64,000 nt of DNA from an uncultured Candidatus Binatia bacterium (GTDB taxonomy: Bacteria; Desulfobacterota; Binatia; Bin18): NCBI GenBank assembly GCA_965200965.1, contig OZ241744.1, positions 3,360,001 to 3,424,000 of the forward strand, given 5' to 3'. Under the pieces are notes generated by a model, which was not told where the DNA came from, made no database searches, and worked only from the letters and a program-made list of their open reading frames with translations. Below, piece after piece: positions 57,977 through 64,000 of this stretch. A program made the translations under genes and the position numbers. Each line of letters opens with the position of its first letter. The first letter of the stretch is position 1.

Positions 57977-59164
57977 ATGCAAGAACTCTTTGACCGATTA
58001 CTGGCCAACGGGTGGTTTGCCGGGCTGCCGACAGATGTGGTGTATGCCAGCGGCATGATGGTGTTCGGGCTGGTTCTTGTGTTTGGCTTTGTGCTGCCGA
58101 TGGTCCCGATCACGGTCTGGCTTGAACGGCGGGTGTGGTCGCGTATTCAGTCACGCATCGGGCCGAACCGGGTTGGCCCCCAAGGGGTGTTGCAGGGTAT
58201 TGCCGACGGGCTCAAAAATATCCTGAAGGAAGACATCGTTCCTGACGCGGCTGACCGTCCTTTGTTCCGGTTTGCCCCCTATCTGCTGGTGTGGGGCTTT
58301 GTCGCCACCTTTGTGGTTATCCCCTTTAGCAGCAGTCTGATCATTGCCGACCTGAATGTGGGGATTCTGTATTTGACGGCTATGACCGCCCTGTCGGTGG
58401 TGGGCGTGCTGATGGCGGGCTGGTCATCAAATAACAAATGGTCGCTGTTAGGCGGTATTCGTTCTGCCGCCCAGGTCATCAGCTACGAAATCCCGGCTGG
58501 ATTAGCCATTATCCCCACGGTTCTGCTGGCCGGCACGCTGAGCATGCAGGGCATTATCCACCAGCAGGGCTGGGCCCCGTGGGATTGGTATGCGTTTCAT
58601 AACCCGTTCACCTTTCTTGCGGCCCTGATCTTCTATGTGTCGGCTCTGGCAGAGGCGAACCGTACCCCGTTTGACATTCCGGAGGCCGAATCTGAGTTGG
58701 TGGCCGGCTTTGCGACCGAGTACAGCGGGATGCGTTTTGCGCTGTTCTTCCTGGCCGAATGGGGTACGCTGTATGTGATCGGGGCGGTAATGACGACCCT
58801 GTTTCTCGGTGGTTGGCATGTGCCGATCTGGACCGAGAATGTCGCGCTGCTGAATATTTCGCAGTTCGTGGTGTTTTTCCTCAAGTCCTACTTCTGGGCA
58901 TTCCTCGCCATGTGGCTGCGGGCAACGCTGCCGCGTGTTCGGGTCGATCAACTGATGTCGCTGTGTTGGAAGTATTTGGTGCCGCTCGGCTTCATCAATA
59001 TCGTGGGCACGGCAGTCATCATGGTCATCTGGCCGCACGGAAGCAGTTGGCTGCGGTATCTGATGTGTTTGGTGTTTGTCATGATTGTCGTGCAGTTCTT
59101 TCGACGGGTCGTTTTCCATATCCGGCGTGCCCGGCCTGAACTGTATTTTAACCCGGCCATCTAG
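57977..59164 (+). CDS. nuoH: NADH-quinone oxidoreductase subunit H
   Basis: ERR...RIGPNRVG, AEANRTPFDIPEAESELVAG, PRVRVDQ. Confidence 0.96.
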   Translation: MQELFDRLLANGWFAGLPTDVVYASGMMVFGLVLVFGFVLPMVPITVWLERRVWSRIQSRIGPNRVGPQGVLQGIADGLKNILKEDIVPDAADRPLFRFAPYLLVWGFVATFVVIPFSSSLIIADLNVGILYLTAMTALSVVGVLMAGWSSNNKWSLLGGIRSAAQVISYEIPAGLAIIPTVLLAGTLSMQGIIHQQGWAPWDWYAFHNPFTFLAALIFYVSALAEANRTPFDIPEAESELVAGFATEYSGMRFALFFLAEWGTLYVIGAVMTTLFLGGWHVPIWTENVALLNISQFVVFFLKSYFWAFLAMWLRATLPRVRVDQLMSLCWKYLVPLGFINIVGTAVIMVIWPHGSSWLRYLMCLVFVMIVVQFFRRVVFHIRRARPELYFNPAI

Positions 59165-59173
59165 GAGTGCAGT

Positions 59174-59779
59174 ATGGCGAATACAAGCGTTCATCGTTAC
59201 TTCAAAAACCTGTCCGAGGCAGTTAGCACGATTTTTGAGGGGATGAGCATCACCTGTTCGCATTTTGTGCGCAAGCCGTATACCATCCAGTATCCGGACC
59301 GAACGCCCGTCAGGGTCCAGGATACCCTCCCGCCCCGCTATCGGGGTATTCTGGCAGTTGATCTCGAAATTTGTACTGGTTGCCTGGCCTGCGAGCGGGC
59401 GTGTCCGATTGACTGCATTGTTATTGACGCTCCAAAAGACCCCAAAACCCGCCAGATGGAGTTGGCCCGCTTTGACATTGATATTGCCAAGTGCATGTAC
59501 TGCGGCTTATGTAGCGAAGCCTGTCCAACCGGCTCAATTCATCATACGGCCGAGTTTGAAGGTGCCGATTATTCCCTGGAAAGTCTGATCCGCCACTATG
59601 TGGCTACCCCGGTCGCGGCCTATAAGGCCAAAAAGGGGGAAGAAACCGATCCCGCCATTGCTCCGATTCTGGAACGCGGTCTGGCCTATATCGCGGATTA
59701 CGCAGAGCCTATTGACATGAAGAAGTACAAAACTGCCCAACAGGAAGAAGCCGAAAAAGCGACCGACAACGGAGCCTAG
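59174..59779 (+). CDS. nuoI: NADH-quinone oxidoreductase subunit I
   Basis: Two CxxCxxCxxxCP motifs; TIQYP. Confidence 0.95.
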   Translation: MANTSVHRYFKNLSEAVSTIFEGMSITCSHFVRKPYTIQYPDRTPVRVQDTLPPRYRGILAVDLEICTGCLACERACPIDCIVIDAPKDPKTRQMELARFDIDIAKCMYCGLCSEACPTGSIHHTAEFEGADYSLESLIRHYVATPVAAYKAKKGEETDPAIAPILERGLAYIADYAEPIDMKKYKTAQQEEAEKATDNGA

Positions 59780-59806
59780 AGCGCGGACAGCCCGAGAGCT
59801 ACGATT

Positions 59807-60316
59807 ATGAGTGCATTGGTCTTTTATTTGATTGCCGGGGTGACCATTGGCTCGGCCGCTATTGTTGCCTTTTCACGAAATCTTGTCTATTCGGCCTTTG
59901 CCTTACTCGGGACTTTGCTCGGGGTAGCCGGCCTGTACGCCATGCTGGCGGCTGACTTTGTAGCTGTTGTCCAAGTCCTCACCTATGTCGGTGGGATTCT
60001 GGTGTTGCTGATTTTCGCGGTCATGCTGACCCACCGTATTTCCGATGTCGCGATATCAAACCGCGTGGTCGGGCCGGTCCCGGCACTGCTCTTTGTGGTC
60101 CTTGTCGCCGGGGTGATGGGGATGTGTGTGATAGAGGCAAACTGGATCCAGTTCGCTACGACATCGGCTGAGCCAACCACCGCGGGTATTGGTCAGGCGT
60201 TCTTGGGGCCCTATATTTTGCCTTTTGAACTGGCATCGGTCGTGCTGTTAGTGGCCCTGGTTGGGGCGATCGTGATATCCCGCAAGGAAATTCGCGGACA
60301 GACACCAGCATCGTAA
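59807..60316 (+). CDS. nuoJ: NADH-quinone oxidoreductase subunit J
   Basis: QVLTYVGGILVL, PFELAS. Confidence 0.95.
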   Translation: MSALVFYLIAGVTIGSAAIVAFSRNLVYSAFALLGTLLGVAGLYAMLAADFVAVVQVLTYVGGILVLLIFAVMLTHRISDVAISNRVVGPVPALLFVVLVAGVMGMCVIEANWIQFATTSAEPTTAGIGQAFLGPYILPFELASVVLLVALVGAIVISRKEIRGQTPAS

Positions 60317-60350
60317 CCGATCTCTCACCTCCTACGCTGAACGGATGGTT

Positions 60351-60674
60351 ATGGACGAAGTTCTGCTCGCTATCGGGCTCCGCCACTTTTTGCTCGTCAG
60401 TTTGATCATCTTCGCGCTTGGCCTCTATTGTGTCCTGACCCGCAGAAACGCGATCGGGATTCTGCTCGGTGTGGAGTTGATCCTGAACTCGGCCAATATC
60501 AACTATATCGCCTTTTCGCATTACTCTTCCGGCCAGTACGACGGTCAGGTGTTCTCGGTCTTTGTAATTATGCTGGCGGCCGCTGAAGCCGTGATCGGCT
60601 TAGCGATCGTGCTGGGCATCTATCAGAACTTTTCAACCATTGACGTTGAGGCAACCGACCGTCTGCAGGGCTGA
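60351..60674 (+). CDS. nuoK: NADH-quinone oxidoreductase subunit K
   Basis: RRNAI, VELILN, AAAEAVIGLA. Confidence 0.95.
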   Translation: MDEVLLAIGLRHFLLVSLIIFALGLYCVLTRRNAIGILLGVELILNSANINYIAFSHYSSGQYDGQVFSVFVIMLAAAEAVIGLAIVLGIYQNFSTIDVEATDRLQG

Positions 60675-60677
60675 GCT

Positions 60678-62855
60678 ATGGAGCATCCTGTCCTTGTTTC
60701 GTATCTCCGCTGGATCGTCCTCTTCCCGCTGCTGGGGTCCATCATCAACGGGGTGGGCGGTGCGCTTATCCAAAAACATCTTGGTAAGGCGGCCAATCAC
60801 CTCATCGCGGTTGGCGCGGTTGGCATAGCCTTCGTGTTGTCGCTGGTGGCTTTTGTTCAGGTGTACAACCTTGAGCCGGCCCAGCGTTTCCTGCTGGATA
60901 TCACCCTGCGTTGGATCGACCTCGGCGACCTGCAAGTGAATATCGCCTTTTGGGTTGATCCGCTGTCCGCGGTCATGATTCTGGTTGTGACCGGTGTTGG
61001 CGGGCTGATCCACATCTACTCCATTGGCTATATGCACGATGATGACGCCTACTGGCGCTTTTTTACCTTCCTGAATTTGTTCACCGCCGCCATGCTGACC
61101 CTGGTCTTGGCCGATAATATGCTGTTGCTCTTTGTCGGCTGGGAGGGAGTTGGTCTGTGTTCATACGCCCTGATCGGCTTCTGGTATAAGGAGCAGGCCA
61201 ATACTTCGGCGGCCAACAAAGCCTTTATCGTCAACCGGATCGGCGATGCCGGCTTTACCCTGGGCGTATTCACGATCTTCTGGGCTCTCAGTTCGATGGG
61301 TCACGGCTCGGCGGTGTTCCGCGATATGGAAGCCCATATCGGCGTCCTCACCGATCCGAGTGTGGCGGTTTTCGGCGTGTCTGCCGTGACCCTGGCCGCA
61401 GTCTTTCTGTTTATTGGTGCGGCGGGGAAATCTGCCCAGATTCCGCTCTATGTGTGGCTGCCCGACGCCATGGCCGGGCCGACCCCGGTCAGCGCTCTTA
61501 TTCATGCGGCAACGATGGTGACGGCTGGGGTCTACATGATGTGCCGGCTGCACTTCCTGTTCTCGCTGTCACCGACTGCACTCCAACTCATCGCTACGGT
61601 TGGGGCGCTGACCGCGGTGTTCGCCGCGACTATTGGTCTGGCCCAGAACGACATCAAGAAAGTGCTCGCCTACTCCACCGTCAGCCAGCTGGGCTACATG
61701 GTCCTTGGGGTCGGAGTTGGGGCCTACGCCGCGGCCTTTTTTCACGTCTTTACCCACGCCTTTTTTAAGGCGTGTCTGTTTCTTGGTTCGGGGAGCGTGA
61801 TTCATGCTATGGGCGACGAGCAGGACATGCAGAAGATGGGCGGTCTCAAGGACAAGATGCCGACCACCTATTGGACATTCCTGATTTCAACCCTGGCGCT
61901 AATGGGGCTGCCGCCTTTCTCCGGGTTTTTCTCAAAAGACGAAATTCTGTGGAAGACCTTTTCGGGGGGGCATCAGGTCCTGTGGTTTTTAGGATTCCTC
62001 GGCGCGGGCATGACCGCTTTCTACATGGGCCGTCAGGTCTTCCTGGTCTTCTTCGGTGAGAATCGGGCCGACCACCATACCCAAGAGCACCTGCATGAAT
62101 CTCCGCCGGTGATGACTTACCCGCTCATTGTCCTGGCCGTTGGAACTGTCCTGGTCGGTCTCCTGGGTATTCCGCACGCCCTAGGTGGCAGTCTGCGCTT
62201 TGAGCAGTGGTTGGAGCCGGTTTTTGCCGGGGCGGGCCACGCCGGCGGGCACGGGCCGGCGGCGCACGGTCACGGAGCACCCGTCATGGAGTATGTCTTG
62301 ATGCTGGCGTCGGTGGGGATTGCCCTGTCGGGCGTCCTTCTGTCGGCCAGACTGTACCACTGGAAGACGCTGTCGCCGGACGTGTTCGCGTCGGTGGGCG
62401 GGGGACGGCTGTATACGACGATTTTTAATAAGTACTACATTGATGAGATATACGCGGCGACCTTCGTCCGCTTTTCGCTCTTTGTGTCGCGGCTGTGGTC
62501 GGCCTTTGATCGGATCATCATTGACGGCATTGTGGATGGGACGGCCAAGGTCATATCTGGTGTCGGGTCAATTGTTGGCATGTTTGATAGTGGCATTATT
62601 GACGGGCTGATCAACGTTGCCGCCAATGCCACCTTTGCCCTAGGCAATCGTCTCCGCCAAGTCCAAACGGGCGGCATTAATGTCTACTTGTATATGATTG
62701 TCGGTGGTGTGGCGGTGGCACAGTTCCTGCCGCGTCTGGTGCCTCAGACGCTGATCAATGTCGCTCTCACGCTCATTGTCGTGCTGGCAGTGATCGGTCT
62801 GATTGCTCTGTTCGCTCCCCGCCGCCCTGCCCCGACCCAGGAGAGCACTGTTTGA
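60678..62855 (+). CDS. nuoL: NADH-quinone oxidoreductase subunit L
   Basis: GWEGVG, GKSAQIPLYVWLPDAMAGPTPVSALIHAATMV, HAFFKA. Confidence 0.96.
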   Translation: MEHPVLVSYLRWIVLFPLLGSIINGVGGALIQKHLGKAANHLIAVGAVGIAFVLSLVAFVQVYNLEPAQRFLLDITLRWIDLGDLQVNIAFWVDPLSAVMILVVTGVGGLIHIYSIGYMHDDDAYWRFFTFLNLFTAAMLTLVLADNMLLLFVGWEGVGLCSYALIGFWYKEQANTSAANKAFIVNRIGDAGFTLGVFTIFWALSSMGHGSAVFRDMEAHIGVLTDPSVAVFGVSAVTLAAVFLFIGAAGKSAQIPLYVWLPDAMAGPTPVSALIHAATMVTAGVYMMCRLHFLFSLSPTALQLIATVGALTAVFAATIGLAQNDIKKVLAYSTVSQLGYMVLGVGVGAYAAAFFHVFTHAFFKACLFLGSGSVIHAMGDEQDMQKMGGLKDKMPTTYWTFLISTLALMGLPPFSGFFSKDEILWKTFSGGHQVLWFLGFLGAGMTAFYMGRQVFLVFFGENRADHHTQEHLHESPPVMTYPLIVLAVGTVLVGLLGIPHALGGSLRFEQWLEPVFAGAGHAGGHGPAAHGHGAPVMEYVLMLASVGIALSGVLLSARLYHWKTLSPDVFASVGGGRLYTTIFNKYYIDEIYAATFVRFSLFVSRLWSAFDRIIIDGIVDGTAKVISGVGSIVGMFDSGIIDGLINVAANATFALGNRLRQVQTGGINVYLYMIVGGVAVAQFLPRLVPQTLINVALTLIVVLAVIGLIALFAPRRPAPTQESTV

Positions 62856-62890
62856 GCGCGGTGACGCTCGGGGAAGCTTGAGGAGTCTCC

Positions 62891-64000
62891 ATGGAAAGTT
62901 ATGTGCTCACCCTGATTATCTTCTTCCCCCTGCTGGGGATGGTCGCCCTGTGGTGTCTGCCGAGCCAGGCGCACGAGTTGATCAGAAGGGTTGCCCTGGG
63001 GTTTACCATCCCGCCGCTGCTGTGCGGTTTTTACCTGTATACGGCCTTTGACGGTTCCAATACCGGTCTCCAATTTGTGGTCCAAGTGCCGTGGATTACC
63101 TCGTTCAATATTTACTACTTTGTGGGCGTTGATGGCGTAAGTATCACCATGGTGCTGCTGTCGGTCCTGCTGTGTCCCATCTGCATCCTGGCCTCATGGG
63201 GGATTGACCGGGCGGTAAAAGCCTATTTTGCCCTGTTTTTACTGCTTGACACCGCAATGGTTGGCGTGTTCTGCGCCCTGGACTTCTTCCTGTTCTACAT
63301 CTTCTGGGAGTTGATGCTGATCCCGATGTACTTTCTGATCGGTATCTGGGGCGGGCCGCGTCGAGAGTATGCGGCGATTAAATTTTTTTTGTACACCATG
63401 TTTGGCAGCGTGCTGATGCTCGTGGCCATGCTCGTCTTTTATTTCCAGTCTGACTTCTCTTTTGATCTGACCAAGCTGCCCGAGGCGGCAAAGACATTCG
63501 GGACTGATCCGATTCTGTTCGGCATGACCACGGGTCAGGTCCTGTGGGTTGCGCTCTTCATCAATTTTGCGGTCAAGATTCCGGCCTTTCCTCTGCATAC
63601 CTGGCTGCCCGATGCGCATGTCGAAGCTCCGACCGCTATTTCGGTTATTCTGGCCGGGGTGCTGCTGAAAATGGGCACCTACGGCATTTTACGGATTAAT
63701 TATCCGCTGTTGCCGGCAGAGACTTTCTTGTTAGCTCCCTATTTCCTGGCCGCGCTCGGTGCCTGGAATATCATCTACGGGGCGTTCTGCGCACTGGCCC
63801 AATGCTTCAATGAGCCGAAAGACCTGAAAAAGCTTGTGGCGTATTCCAGTATCAGCCACATGGGCTATGTCATGCTGGGCATGGCCTCCTTTACCCCCCA
63901 GGGCATCAACGGGGCGGTGCTCCAGATGTTTAACCACGGAACGATCACCGCCATGCTCTTCCTGTTGGTCGGGGTGATCTACGATCGTGCCCATCACCGC
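62891..64000 (+). CDS. nuoM: NADH-quinone oxidoreductase subunit M (partial, runs off window)
   Basis: AGGAG RBS; manual translation gives FYIFWELMLIPMYF, PLHTWLPDAHVEAPT, LLKMG, AYSSISHMG. Confidence 0.94.
   Translation, partial: MESYVLTLIIFFPLLGMVALWCLPSQAHELIRRVALGFTIPPLLCGFYLYTAFDGSNTGLQFVVQVPWITSFNIYYFVGVDGVSITMVLLSVLLCPICILASWGIDRAVKAYFALFLLLDTAMVGVFCALDFFLFYIFWELMLIPMYFLIGIWGGPRREYAAIKFFLYTMFGSVLMLVAMLVFYFQSDFSFDLTKLPEAAKTFGTDPILFGMTTGQVLWVALFINFAVKIPAFPLHTWLPDAHVEAPTAISVILAGVLLKMGTYGILRINYPLLPAETFLLAPYFLAALGAWNIIYGAFCALAQCFNEPKDLKKLVAYSSISHMGYVMLGMASFTPQGINGAVLQMFNHGTITAMLFLLVGVIYDRAHHR

Noticed and set aside
1-64000. tRNA, rRNA, integrase or transposase genes
   Set aside because: None recognisable by eye; a covariance-model search would be needed to exclude small RNAs.

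Overview
GC-rich bacterial chromosomal window. Gene content is suggestive of a Binatia/deltaproteobacterial, possibly host-associated lineage, but this is inference only. 1-13.6 kb: 3' end of a type III (Cmr) CRISPR-Cas locus with a Cmr6-Cmr1 fusion, an inserted DUF1640-like coiled-coil gene, an APE2256/Crn1-like CARF protein, cas1, cas2, leader, an array of 87 repeats/86 spacers (manual count) and cas6. 13.7-25.2 kb: NAD-linked formate dehydrogenase (alpha plus NuoEF-like beta), several fused or decayed gene fragments, an LLM oxidoreductase, MscS, an amidohydrolase and an MFS transporter. 25.2-30.6 kb: defence-like island with a truncated putative restriction endonuclease, an N6-adenine methyltransferase and a repeat-flanked three-gene operon. 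That operon encodes an RNase H-like exonuclease-DUF429 fusion, a short adenylosuccinate synthetase with PurZ/PurZ0 signature residues, and a catalytically altered dCTP deaminase/dUTPase-fold domain fused to membrane helices. It is the best candidate for an undescribed nucleotide-signalling anti-phage system. 30.7-49.7 kb: lanthanide-type XoxF, an XoxJ-cytochrome c fusion, catabolic genes, and a tandem family of secreted proteins with variable N-termini and near-identical C-terminal repeats. 49.8-64 kb: Fe-S biogenesis genes (two Mrp, ferredoxin, IscU, Rrf2 regulator) running into a complex I operon with two nuoB paralogs and no nuoEFG; nuoM is cut by the window end.
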